Position numbers and translations under genes: made by a program. A DNA stretch of 64,000 nt, taken from NCBI GenBank assembly GCA_964559985.1, contig CAZLJX010000004.1:24571-88570 (forward strand), written 5' to 3'. Shown here piece by piece: positions 37,098 through 46,527 of the stretch (position 1 is its first letter; every line of letters begins with the position of its first letter). Origin of the DNA: an uncultured Bacteroidales bacterium. GTDB lineage: Bacteria; Bacteroidota; Bacteroidia; Bacteroidales; CAZLJX01. The notes under the pieces were generated by a model that made no database searches, was not told the origin of the DNA, and saw only the letters and a list, made by a program, of their open reading frames with translations.

Positions 37098-38234
37098 ATG
37101 AAAATCATCTTTTCCGGCGATTTGGCCCCGGTCGGGCGAGTTGAAACCCTGCTCACAGCAGGACAAACCAGCATGGTTTTCGGTGAGGTAATTCCATTGT
37201 TTCAGCAAGCCGGTTTTGTTGTTGCAAACCTCGAATGCCCTGTTTGTGGCAGCGATAAGTCAATTGTCAAATCCGGACCACATTTAAAGGCAAATCCGGC
37301 AGTTATAAAAGCAATCCGCGAGGCTGGCATTGGTGTTGTAAGCCTTGCCAACAACCATATCAGGGATTTTGGAGATGATGGGGTAAAAGAAACCTTGGAT
37401 AACTGCCACATAAATAATATACTGATTGTGGGTGCCGGGAAAAATAATGATGACGCCTCAAAACCAATTATTCTGGAAAAAGACGGGATCAGAACCGCTT
37501 TGATATCATCGTGCGAGGAAGAATTCTCGGCCTCAGCACAAAACCGCGCCGGAGCAAATATTTTTAACCCATATACATTTTTCAGCAGCATCAAACAATT
37601 AAAGGCTGAAGTTGATTTTATCATCAGCATCTTTCATGGTGGCACCGAAGGCTATCCCCTGCCCGACCCCGAAATGGTGCAGATTTGCCGTTTTATGATT
37701 GCTGCAGGGGCCGATGCCGTTATCTGCCACCATAGCCATTGTTTCAGCGGTAATGAAACCTGGAACGAAAAACCCATTTACTACGGACTGGGAAATTTTG
37801 TATTTGATGATGCTGAAATGACTGGAAAAGAATGGAATACAGGAATTCTGGCCGAAATTACCTTAGGACAAGGTCATATTGAAACGGTAAACCACTTCAT
37901 CAGCCAGCATGATTATAACCGTGGCATTATACTCCTTTCTGGAGAAGACCTGACGGATGCCCAACATAAATTCAAAAATTTGTCTCAAACCATTGCCAAC
38001 CATGAATTACTCGAAAAAGAATGGAACCGGTTTGCCGGGAAAAATGCTTATGGATATTTCAAAAACATCATAAAACCCGGAATTTTCAGAAAAATTTTAT
38101 ATAAATTTGGTTTGGCCGATTACAAAAAATTTCCGGCTACAAAGGTTGCCAATACATTAAATCTGCTGCGATGCCGTTCGCATAACCGGCTTGCAGTAAA
38201 AACACTTGAAAACATTTTGAATCATGACCATTAA
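37098..38234 (+). CDS. CapA / PGA_cap family metallophosphoesterase-like protein
   Basis: FSGDLAPVGR, SLANNHIRDFG, IFHGGTEGYP and CHHSHC are the metal-ligand motifs seen in poly-gamma-glutamate CapA-family proteins. Confidence 0.8.
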   Translation: MKIIFSGDLAPVGRVETLLTAGQTSMVFGEVIPLFQQAGFVVANLECPVCGSDKSIVKSGPHLKANPAVIKAIREAGIGVVSLANNHIRDFGDDGVKETLDNCHINNILIVGAGKNNDDASKPIILEKDGIRTALISSCEEEFSASAQNRAGANIFNPYTFFSSIKQLKAEVDFIISIFHGGTEGYPLPDPEMVQICRFMIAAGADAVICHHSHCFSGNETWNEKPIYYGLGNFVFDDAEMTGKEWNTGILAEITLGQGHIETVNHFISQHDYNRGIILLSGEDLTDAQHKFKNLSQTIANHELLEKEWNRFAGKNAYGYFKNIIKPGIFRKILYKFGLADYKKFPATKVANTLNLLRCRSHNRLAVKTLENILNHDH

Positions 38235-39312
38235 AGTTGGAATACATAAAGCATGGCACAACAAAGTTGACCCCGAGCTGGAAATATACCGCAAAATATT
38301 GTCGCACAACAATATTCATTTTATCGATATGGATTCGAGCCAACCCGGATTCTGGGATGAAGTTAAAACCATTACCCATTTCATTTTCAAATGGGGACAT
38401 ATCGACAATCACCACCAACTGGCATTGACCATTATTCCCATCATCGAAAAAGAATATGGCATTCCCTGTTTTCCAAATACAGCCACCTGCTGGCATTATG
38501 ACAACAAAATACGGCAGGACCTGCTGTTGAAAGCCCATGGATTCCCGTTTTGCGAAAGCTTTATATGCTGGGAAAAAGCTCCGGCCATGAAATGGGCCGA
38601 AACTGCCCGGTTACCGCTGGTTTTTAAATTAACCAAAGGAGCCAGTTCACACAATGTGGTTCTGGTAAAATCAAGGTACCATCTGAAAAAAATAATCCGC
38701 CGTATGTTTGGCCGGGGAGTCAACCAGGATAAAATTGGTTTTTTTAAAAGATTAAAAGTTTTTAATTACAGCCTGAAAAAATTATATATCCATTACGGCA
38801 TCATCATCAGAAATTTTTTATACGGACGCGACCTTACCCACTGGTGGATGAAACATAAAAACTATGTGTATTTTCAGAAGTTCATGCCCGGCAACGAATA
38901 CGACACCCGGGTAACCATCAGTGGCGGTAAACGCGCCTATGCCCTGATAAGGTACAACCGTAAAGGCGATTTCAGGGCATCGGGCAGTAATATGTGGAGC
39001 CTCGACCACGATAAAATTGATATGCAGTTTGTTAAACTGGCTTTTGAAATCTCAAAAAAACTCGGATTTCAGTCTATGGCTTTCGATTTCATGTATGACC
39101 AAAACCGTAAACCTGTTATTGGCGAAATTACCTATTGCTTTGGCGACTGGCCCGAATTTTCTGACGGTCACTGGGACGAAAACCTGGTATGGCACACCGG
39201 AAATCATTGCCCCCAGTATTTCGAACTGGTTGACCTGCTGGATATGCCTGATCTGAAAATGCCCAAAATAGACTATACCTCGCCCTACCTGAAAGCAAAA
39301 ATCAAAAAATAA
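38224..39312 (+). CDS. ATP-grasp-like ligase (RimK-like pattern), function unknown
   Basis: LPLVFKLTKGASSHNVVLVKS, VYFQKFMPGNEYDTRVTISG and MAFDFMYDQNRKPVIGEITYCF follow the ATP-grasp strand/loop pattern. Confidence 0.6.
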   Translation: MTIKVGIHKAWHNKVDPELEIYRKILSHNNIHFIDMDSSQPGFWDEVKTITHFIFKWGHIDNHHQLALTIIPIIEKEYGIPCFPNTATCWHYDNKIRQDLLLKAHGFPFCESFICWEKAPAMKWAETARLPLVFKLTKGASSHNVVLVKSRYHLKKIIRRMFGRGVNQDKIGFFKRLKVFNYSLKKLYIHYGIIIRNFLYGRDLTHWWMKHKNYVYFQKFMPGNEYDTRVTISGGKRAYALIRYNRKGDFRASGSNMWSLDHDKIDMQFVKLAFEISKKLGFQSMAFDFMYDQNRKPVIGEITYCFGDWPEFSDGHWDENLVWHTGNHCPQYFELVDLLDMPDLKMPKIDYTSPYLKAKIKK

Positions 39313-39318
39313 ACCCCC

Positions 39319-39774
39319 ATGAAACCATCAAACCTCGGCAATTATTTTGAAGATTTTGAAAAAGGTCAAATTATTAATCATGCTTTATCAAAAACCATTT
39401 TTGAAAGCGACAACAACCTGTTTTCGCTGCTTACCATGAACCATCACCCGCTGCATACAAACGCCGATTTTGCCATGAAGGAACAACACGGAAAAATACT
39501 GGTGGTTGGTACATTGGTTTTTAGTATCGTCGTTGGAATGACAGTACCTGATATCAGTGGAAAAGCCATTGCAAACCTGGGTTATGAAAAGGTTGAACAC
39601 CTTGCCCCTGTTTTTATCAACGATACTTTATATGCCCGCACCACCATTCTTGATGTCAAGGAATCAAAAACCAAACCCGACAGGGGATTGGTATATGTAG
39701 AAACCGTTGCTTATAATCAAAATGGAGTTGATGTGTTAAGATTCCGAAGGACTGTATTGATAAAGAAAAAATAA
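39319..39774 (+). CDS. MaoC-like (R-specific enoyl-CoA hydratase, hot-dog fold) dehydratase
   Basis: 151 aa. FSLLTMNHHPLHTNADFA and GLVYVETVAYNQNGVDVLRFRRTVLI are typical of MaoC dehydratase domains. Confidence 0.8.
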   Translation: MKPSNLGNYFEDFEKGQIINHALSKTIFESDNNLFSLLTMNHHPLHTNADFAMKEQHGKILVVGTLVFSIVVGMTVPDISGKAIANLGYEKVEHLAPVFINDTLYARTTILDVKESKTKPDRGLVYVETVAYNQNGVDVLRFRRTVLIKKK

Positions 39775-39778
39775 CAAC

Positions 39779-40060
39779 ATGCATTCAATCCAAATGAAGC
39801 AGTTTTTAAGGGAATATGCTTATCTATTCTGGCACACCCCGGCTCATAAAAAAGAGAATATCAGTGATGAGTTACTAGTGGAAATAATATTGAATTATGG
39901 CGATTTTTCAGCCATCAGAAAACTATTTGCTATATTAGGCAGGCAAAAGATAGCAGAGATTTTTTACAGAGCAGAAGGAAGAAAGAAACTTAATTATTAT
40001 CCGGAGATTTATAATTTTTTTAATCTTTACTTTGGCAAATATGCACATCGAAATTCTTGA
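39779..40060 (+). CDS. Small protein, putative cognate partner (antitoxin-like) of the downstream nucleotidyltransferase
   Basis: 93 aa. It overlaps the NTase gene by 20 nt. I recognise no motif; the assignment is by position only. Confidence 0.45.
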   Translation: MHSIQMKQFLREYAYLFWHTPAHKKENISDELLVEIILNYGDFSAIRKLFAILGRQKIAEIFYRAEGRKKLNYYPEIYNFFNLYFGKYAHRNS

Positions 40061-40661
40061 CAACAATCAGGTTAAATTGTTGCCATTGTTAAATACTTTC
40101 AAAAGAGAGTTTTATATGGTTGGTGGTACTGCCATTGCGTTATATATTGGCCATCGCAGATCAGTTGATTTTGATTTATTTAAACCAACCCCAATACATG
40201 CAAATAAAATTCTTCAAAAAGTTCGTGGTTTTTCACAACAAATTACAGTAACAAGGAATGTTCACGAGCAGGTCAATCTGATTGTGAACGATGTTAAAAT
40301 GACTTTTTATGAATTTCCATACCAGGTTAAAGCTTCTTTCTCCTTTAATGGCTACATCAAACTGCCACACCTGCTTACGCTTGCCGCCATGAAATCATTT
40401 GTACTTGGAAGACGTTCCAAATGGAAGGATTACGTTGATTTATATTTCATTATCCGGGATTATTACTCCATAGAGGAAATTGCTATTGAAGCACAGAATA
40501 TTTTCGGAGATCTTTTTTCTGAAAAGTTATTCAGAGCCCAATTATGTTATTTTGAAGATGTTGATTATACAGAAGAAATTGATTTTATGCCTGGTTATGA
40601 AACTTGTAGTAATAAAATTAAAAGCTTTCTTACCGAGAATTCATTGAGCATTGATTTGTAA
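40041..40661 (+). CDS. Nucleotidyltransferase of the AbiEii/AbiGii toxin-like (DUF1814-type) family
   Basis: MVGGTAIALYIGHRRSVDFDLF matches the pol-beta NTase signature G[GS]...D.D and the GGTAL..HR.S.D.D motif of AbiEii-type proteins. ATG at 40041; the track start is TTG at 40032. Confidence 0.7.
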   Translation: MHIEILDNNQVKLLPLLNTFKREFYMVGGTAIALYIGHRRSVDFDLFKPTPIHANKILQKVRGFSQQITVTRNVHEQVNLIVNDVKMTFYEFPYQVKASFSFNGYIKLPHLLTLAAMKSFVLGRRSKWKDYVDLYFIIRDYYSIEEIAIEAQNIFGDLFSEKLFRAQLCYFEDVDYTEEIDFMPGYETCSNKIKSFLTENSLSIDL

Positions 40662-40700
40662 GAAGTATTTTTAGAAATACATTTACATAAATATATATCT

Positions 40701-41585
40701 ATGACCCAGTACCTGATGAGGAGCCTGATGTTTGTTCCCGGACACAATGAAAGGCTCATGGCCAGCGCGGCAAAAAGCGATGCCGATGTTTTACTCCCCG
40801 ACCTGGAGGATTCTGTACAACCTGTAGGAAATAAACAAGTTGCCAGAGAAACTATTAAAAAATATATCGAAAACAACCAGTTTAAAAACCATATCGTTTT
40901 TCCAAGGGTAAACGACCGTGAAAGCGGACAACTGCTCAAAGATGTTGATTCATTGACCATTCCGGGCGTTCATGGCTTTATGTATCCCAAATCGAAAACC
41001 GGTCAGGATGTATATTTTTTTGATAAACTGCTCGAAACCATTGAATATGAAAAAAATATACCCGTTGGCACTTATAAGATTATTCCACTGATAGAAACAT
41101 CGGCAGCGGTATTAAATGCACAGGATATCTGCAGGGCTTCATCAAGGGTGGTGGCCATTGCCTATGGTTGCGAAGATTTTATTGCCGACCTGGAGGGAAT
41201 TCATGACCCAGAACACCAGAGCCTTTTCACTCCGCGGGCCATTATTGCCATGGCAGCCCGTGCCAATGGTGTAATACCCATTGATACTGTTCACATTAAC
41301 GTTCACGATCTTGTTGACCTTGAAAAAAACCTAATTCTGGCCAAAAACCTCGGATTTGAAGGCATGTTGGTGTTAAACCCGAAAGAACTGCCACTGGTAC
41401 ACCGCTATTTTACTCCCTCAGAAAAAGAAGTAGCAGAAGCCCGCGAAATGCTAAGACTGGCCGAAGAAGCACAAAAAGACGGCAAAGGCGTTGCCATCAT
41501 GAACGGAAAATTTATAGGGCCGCCGATGATAATCAGTGCTAAGAAAATCATTCAGAAACATCAGCTTGAAAATAAAAACAGGTAA
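40701..41585 (+). CDS. HpcH/HpaI aldolase / citrate lyase beta-subunit-like (CitE-like) acyl-CoA lyase
   Basis: RSLMFVPGHNERLMASAAKSDADVLLPDLEDSV and PLIETSAAVLNA are typical CitE-family motifs. Confidence 0.85.
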   Translation: MTQYLMRSLMFVPGHNERLMASAAKSDADVLLPDLEDSVQPVGNKQVARETIKKYIENNQFKNHIVFPRVNDRESGQLLKDVDSLTIPGVHGFMYPKSKTGQDVYFFDKLLETIEYEKNIPVGTYKIIPLIETSAAVLNAQDICRASSRVVAIAYGCEDFIADLEGIHDPEHQSLFTPRAIIAMAARANGVIPIDTVHINVHDLVDLEKNLILAKNLGFEGMLVLNPKELPLVHRYFTPSEKEVAEAREMLRLAEEAQKDGKGVAIMNGKFIGPPMIISAKKIIQKHQLENKNR

Positions 41586-41654
41586 ATTCTGTACAAATCT
41601 GATTATTTTTCCATGGTTAAACTATTCTATTTTTCAATTAAATAAGGAGATAAA

Positions 41655-42647
41655 GTGAATATCAGAAAAAAGTTTACCATTTTTTTTAAAATTCTGATAA
41701 CCGGATTTATTTTGTATTTTATTACCAGGTTTTTTAATGTCGATTTTATAAATGCATTAAAAGGAATTCAAAACCCGTTCTTTATCATAATATCATTGAT
41801 TATTCCTTTGTTCATCAATCCATTGATCGGTAATAACCGATGGAAACTTTTTTTAGCGGTTCAGAATATACACGAACCATTTCTTTCACTGGTAAAAATA
41901 AATTTTACTTCCATTTTTTTTGGTTTTATGCTCCCCTCATCAACCGGTTATGACACAATACGGGCCTATCAGATTGAAAAAAGACACAGGAATAATACCG
42001 GTTCAGGTATTGCATCTGTTATTATTGAACGATTACTTGGATTTCTTCTTTTATCTTTTCTTGGTTTAACAGGTTCTGTAATCTCACTTTTTTATGGAAT
42101 ATCTTTCAACCTTGTTATTATAGTAGCATTTATACATCTAAGTATTCTTGCGCTAATAATAATCCTTAAAAACGACAGAATTCATCAATATTTTTCAGTC
42201 AGGTTACTAAAAATGTCTAAAGGGAAAAGAATAATTCAATACTTTATATCAACATATCTGGCTATCAATAAATTTCCATTAAAAAAAATACTTCTTCCGT
42301 CCATTCCTTTGATATTCGGTTTTCAGCTTACAACCATATTATGCGGATATTTACTTTTTCTTTCTTTTAATATTCATATTCCATTTTTTTACCATCTGGC
42401 ATTCATCCCATTAATACAAATCTTATCAATAATTCCGGTTTCTTTATCGGGTTTTGGTCTGCGCGAAGGAGGTTTTGTTTATTTTTACAGCCTGCTTAAT
42501 GTGGACGGGAATATTTCTTTTATGGTTTCTTTACTTTATTTTGCCGTTATCACGCTTACCCCAGCATTTATAGGTATGTTAATATTTCTATTTGACAGAC
42601 AATATAATTCAGAAATGATTAAAGAAATTCAAAAAGATGAAAAATAA
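41655..42647 (+). CDS. Flippase-like polytopic membrane protein (LPG-synthase-TM / UPF0104-like)
   Basis: 330 aa with about 8 TM helices. The N-terminal region with NNRWKLFL resembles the lysylphosphatidylglycerol synthase TM-region family. GTG start. Confidence 0.6.
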   Translation: MNIRKKFTIFFKILITGFILYFITRFFNVDFINALKGIQNPFFIIISLIIPLFINPLIGNNRWKLFLAVQNIHEPFLSLVKINFTSIFFGFMLPSSTGYDTIRAYQIEKRHRNNTGSGIASVIIERLLGFLLLSFLGLTGSVISLFYGISFNLVIIVAFIHLSILALIIILKNDRIHQYFSVRLLKMSKGKRIIQYFISTYLAINKFPLKKILLPSIPLIFGFQLTTILCGYLLFLSFNIHIPFFYHLAFIPLIQILSIIPVSLSGFGLREGGFVYFYSLLNVDGNISFMVSLLYFAVITLTPAFIGMLIFLFDRQYNSEMIKEIQKDEK

Positions 42648-43569
42648 CGCTATTACCATCCTTATCCCCGTTTACAACGATTTTGAAGTGCTTGACGAGC
42701 TTACCCGTCGCCTGATGACAGTTTTACCAACCCTCTCCGATAACTTCGAGATTGTGCTGATTGATGATGGCAGTAAAGACAATTCTTGGAAAAAAATTCA
42801 GGAACTTGCTAACCAAAATAAACATATCACAGGCATGAAGCTGATGCGTAATTTTGGCCAGCAGAATGCTATTGCAGCAGGGCTTGATTATGCTACAGGT
42901 GATATAGTAGTAATAATGGATTCTGATCTGCAGGACCGGCCCGAAGATATTCCTTTACTCATCGAAGCCCTTGAAAAAACCAATGCCTCAATGGCCATTT
43001 CGAAATGGACAGGCCGGAAAGATGGTTTGTTCAAACGAATGGTTTCTAAATTATTTTTCAATGTATCAAAACGTATTACCCATATCCACCATCAGCCCAA
43101 CCTTGGCGTTTTCAGGGCCATACGCAAAGAAATAGTGGAAGAACTGAAAAAATACCCTGAAAAAACTTCTACCTCACTAAGCCTGCTTTATTGGATTGGT
43201 GTAGATTATGTTACTGTTGAGTTAAAACGTGATGCCCGTTTTGCCGGTAAAAGTGGTTACACCATCCGTAAAATGCTGAAACTGACTTTCGACCGGATTT
43301 TTTCTTTTTCGATGTTCCCTATCAGGCTGGCTTCATATATGGGATTTAGCATTGCCCTTGTCAGCTTTTTGTCGGGATTGATATTGATTATTCGTTGGTT
43401 TTTTGATAAAGTTGCACCCGGGTGGACTTCTATCTTTGTCTTAATGTTGTTCTTATTTGGCTTAAACTTCCTGTTTTTAGGAATTATTGGCGAATATCTT
43501 GGCAGAATTTTTATCGAATCAAAAAAAAGGCCTAAATATATCATACAAAAAATTATCAGGAAAAAATGA
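42637..43569 (+). CDS. GT2 polyprenol-phosphate glycosyltransferase (ArnC/GtrB-like)
   Basis: ITILIPVYNDFE, EIVLIDDGSKDNSW and MDSDLQDRPEDIP, plus two C-terminal TM helices. This is the architecture typical of ArnC/GtrB/DPM1-like enzymes. Confidence 0.85.
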   Translation: MKNNAITILIPVYNDFEVLDELTRRLMTVLPTLSDNFEIVLIDDGSKDNSWKKIQELANQNKHITGMKLMRNFGQQNAIAAGLDYATGDIVVIMDSDLQDRPEDIPLLIEALEKTNASMAISKWTGRKDGLFKRMVSKLFFNVSKRITHIHHQPNLGVFRAIRKEIVEELKKYPEKTSTSLSLLYWIGVDYVTVELKRDARFAGKSGYTIRKMLKLTFDRIFSFSMFPIRLASYMGFSIALVSFLSGLILIIRWFFDKVAPGWTSIFVLMLFLFGLNFLFLGIIGEYLGRIFIESKKRPKYIIQKIIRKK

Positions 43570-44222
43570 AAAAAGTGATTATTATCGGCGGACTTGGCAA
43601 TGGCAGTGTAATTGCCAATGCCATGATTGATGCCAAAAAAAGAGGAGGTTGTGAATGGGAATTTGCCGGGTATCTAAACGATCGCACAAAGCCCGGCGAT
43701 ACTATTGAAGGCCTTCCCGTGCTGGGGCCATTGTCAGATACCCGGAAATTTCTTGAACAGGGGTATTATTTCATCAACACCATTTTGCGCATTGATGGCC
43801 AAAACGAAAGAATAAAATTATTTGAAAATCTGAATATACCCGATGAAAAACTTGCTACGTTTATTCATCCGCTCTCGTATGTTGCTCCTGATGTTAAATT
43901 CGGACCAGGCTGTGTTATCATGCCAAATGTATCGGTATCTTCAGGAACGGTATTCGGAAAATGCTGTCTGGTGATGGTTGGTGCCACCATCGGCCATAAT
44001 GACCAAATTGGGAATTACTGCCATTTTGCTGCCCAGTGCTGTACAGGAGCCTATCTGAAAATAGCCGATGGCGTTCATATAGGCTTAAATGCTACTATTC
44101 GCGAAGACCTTACCATTGGTAAAAATGCCACCCTAGGCATGGGTTCGGTTTTGACCAAAAATATCGGCGAAAATGAAATATGGGTTGGCAACCCGGCAAA
44201 GTATTTACGCCATGCCCAATAA
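43566..44222 (+). CDS. NeuD/PglB-type sugar N/O-acyltransferase (left-handed beta-helix)
   Basis: An N-terminal Rossmann-like KVIIIGGLGNGSVIA followed by hexapeptide repeats (IGHNDQIGNYCHF, IADGVHIGLNATI). Confidence 0.8.
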   Translation: MKKVIIIGGLGNGSVIANAMIDAKKRGGCEWEFAGYLNDRTKPGDTIEGLPVLGPLSDTRKFLEQGYYFINTILRIDGQNERIKLFENLNIPDEKLATFIHPLSYVAPDVKFGPGCVIMPNVSVSSGTVFGKCCLVMVGATIGHNDQIGNYCHFAAQCCTGAYLKIADGVHIGLNATIREDLTIGKNATLGMGSVLTKNIGENEIWVGNPAKYLRHAQ

Positions 44223-45375
44223 AAAACTGATTATTATCGGAGCAAATAATTTCCAGCTTCCGCTGATAAAAAAAGCGAATGAGATGGGGCTTGAAACCCA
44301 TGTTTTTGCTTGGGAAAACGGAGCCGTGGGCAAACCGTTTGCACACCGTTTTTATCCTGTTTCCATCACCGAAAAAGAGAAAATTTCAGCGATTTCGAAA
44401 AGTATAAAACCTGATGGTGTTATCTCCATTGGTTCAGACCTGGCAAGTGTAACGGTAAATTATGTTGCCGCTCAGTTTGGCCTTACATGCAACTCGTTGC
44501 ATTGCACAAATCTGACCACCAACAAACTGGCTATGCGGCAAGCCCTCAGCCGGGCCGGACTTCCCTGCCCCGCCTTTGTCAAATCAGAAAATTCTGATGA
44601 AATCATTTCATATTGTGGCTCTTTTCCATTGATTGTAAAACCTGCAGACAGGTCGGGGAGCAGGGGCGTAACCCGGGTCGACACAAGGAATGAACTTATC
44701 AAAGCCATAGAAAGAGCACGTAGCGAATCATTTTGCCATGAATTTATTGCAGAACAGTTTATTGAAGGTGATGAATTCAGTATTGAAATGATATCGTGGA
44801 AGGGAGAACACCATTTTATTGAAATAACAGAGAAAGAAACAACCGGAGCCCCCTATTTTGTTGAAAAAGGCCAGCATCAGCCTGCTATGACCGATCAAAA
44901 ACTTAAAAATTCCATGATCAGCATCATCGGTTCAGCGCTTACGGCTTTGGGTGTTGAATATGGCGCTTCGCATTCCGAAGTACTTGTTACCAAAAATAAA
45001 GAAATATACATTGTTGAAATCGGAGCACGGATGGGTGGCGATTATATTGGCTCACACCTTGTGCGGCTGTCAACAGGTTATGATTTTGTAAAAGCAGTGA
45101 TTGAAGTTTCTCTCGGGGAATTTTTTCCGGTGATCAAAACCCATCAGAAATATGCCGGTGTTTATTATTTTACCCCAAAGCCCGGCAAAATAGCAGGTAT
45201 TACAGACCATTCGGGGAGGTATCCTGAAATTGTGGAAACTGAAATATACTGTAAACCAGGAGATTTGATCAGAGAAACCCGCGAAAGTAACGACAGGGCA
45301 GCCTGCATTATTTACCAATCAGATAAAGGGAAAATGAAATTCTCTGATAAAATAATTGATTTTCAAATAATTTGA
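44212..45375 (+). CDS. ATP-grasp domain ligase
   Basis: KKLIIIGANNFQLPLIKKANEMGLETHVF, PLIVKPADRSGSRGV, IAEQFIEGDEFSIE and VEIGARMGGD. The start is taken at ATG 44212, overlapping the upstream stop. Confidence 0.8.
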   Translation: MPNKKLIIIGANNFQLPLIKKANEMGLETHVFAWENGAVGKPFAHRFYPVSITEKEKISAISKSIKPDGVISIGSDLASVTVNYVAAQFGLTCNSLHCTNLTTNKLAMRQALSRAGLPCPAFVKSENSDEIISYCGSFPLIVKPADRSGSRGVTRVDTRNELIKAIERARSESFCHEFIAEQFIEGDEFSIEMISWKGEHHFIEITEKETTGAPYFVEKGQHQPAMTDQKLKNSMISIIGSALTALGVEYGASHSEVLVTKNKEIYIVEIGARMGGDYIGSHLVRLSTGYDFVKAVIEVSLGEFFPVIKTHQKYAGVYYFTPKPGKIAGITDHSGRYPEIVETEIYCKPGDLIRETRESNDRAACIIYQSDKGKMKFSDKIIDFQII

Positions 45376-45378
45376 ATT

Positions 45379-46527
45379 ATGATCCCCTTCAACAAACCAT
45401 ACCTGACAGGCAAGGAAGTGCATTATATTTATGATGCAGTGGCTTCAGGAAAAATTTCGGGCAACGGAAAATATACCAAAATGTGCCAGCAGTTTTTTGA
45501 AGAAAAATACGGATTTAAAAAGATCCTGCTTACCACCAGTTGTACCGATGCGCTCGAAATGTGTGCATTGTTACTCGATATAAAGCCCGGCGATGAGGTA
45601 ATTGTGCCTTCTTATACTTTTGTCAGTTCTGCCCTTGCTTTTGCCAGGCAGGGAGCAAAAATTGTATTTGCCGACAGCCGGCCTGACCATCCAGGGATTG
45701 ACGAAGAGGCCATTGAAAATTTAATTACCGGCAACACCCGGGCTATTGTTGTTGTTCATTATGCCGGGATAGCATGTAACATGGATAAAATAACAGAAAT
45801 AGCACGAAAACATGACATTTTTGTGGTTGAAGATGCCGCCCAGGCCATCGACAGTTATTTTACAGTTAAAAACGGAGTCAAAACCCCTTTAGGTACGATT
45901 GGCCACCTGGCAGCCTTTTCGTTTCATGAAACCAAAAATATTCAATGTGGTGAAGGGGGCATGCTGGCCATCAACGACCAGAGGTTTATAAAACGCGCTG
46001 AAATTATCTGGGAAAAAGGTACTAACCGGGCAGCATTTTTCAGGGGCGAAATCGATAAATACGGATGGGTAGATACCGGTTCATCGTTTTTACCTTCCGA
46101 TATTATTGCAGCATTTCTTTTTGCACAAGCCGAAAACCTTGAACCAATACAGGATCGCCGCAAATCGATTACTGAAAGGTATTTCAGAAATCTTGGTAAT
46201 ATTCAGTCAAAAGGAAGGGTGCATTTGCCCTACATTCCGTATTTTGCTACCAACAACGGACATATGTTTTACATCCTGTGCAAAAACCTTTATCAGCGTA
46301 CACAACTCATGCAATTTTTGCGTGAAAAACAGATACAAACGGTATTTCATTACCAGAGCCTGCATCGCAGCAGCTATTACAAAGAAAAATACCACGGACT
46401 CCCGCTCCCAAATGCCGATATTTATACCGATTGCCTCGTGCGTTTACCTTTATTTTTTGAACTTGCCGACAGCCAGGTCGATTATATCACCACCTCCATC
46501 AACCAGTTTTTCGAAAATCATGAATAA
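45379..46527 (+). CDS. wecE: dTDP-4-amino-4,6-dideoxygalactose transaminase (DegT/WecE family)
   Basis: Near-collinear with E. coli WecE by eye: MIPFNKPYLTGKE, SGK.SGNGKYT, LLTTSCTDALEMCALLLDIKPGDEVIVPSYTFVS, and the PLP-Lys motif SFHETKN. Confidence 0.9.
   Translation: MIPFNKPYLTGKEVHYIYDAVASGKISGNGKYTKMCQQFFEEKYGFKKILLTTSCTDALEMCALLLDIKPGDEVIVPSYTFVSSALAFARQGAKIVFADSRPDHPGIDEEAIENLITGNTRAIVVVHYAGIACNMDKITEIARKHDIFVVEDAAQAIDSYFTVKNGVKTPLGTIGHLAAFSFHETKNIQCGEGGMLAINDQRFIKRAEIIWEKGTNRAAFFRGEIDKYGWVDTGSSFLPSDIIAAFLFAQAENLEPIQDRRKSITERYFRNLGNIQSKGRVHLPYIPYFATNNGHMFYILCKNLYQRTQLMQFLREKQIQTVFHYQSLHRSSYYKEKYHGLPLPNADIYTDCLVRLPLFFELADSQVDYITTSINQFFENHE

Noticed and set aside
46106-46519. N-terminal 138-codon extension of the GT-C membrane protein ORF (track start 46106)
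   Set aside because: It would overlap the well-supported wecE gene by about 420 nt in another frame. The hydrophobic protein begins naturally at ATG 46520 (MNKKFLIFIFLL), which overlaps the wecE stop.
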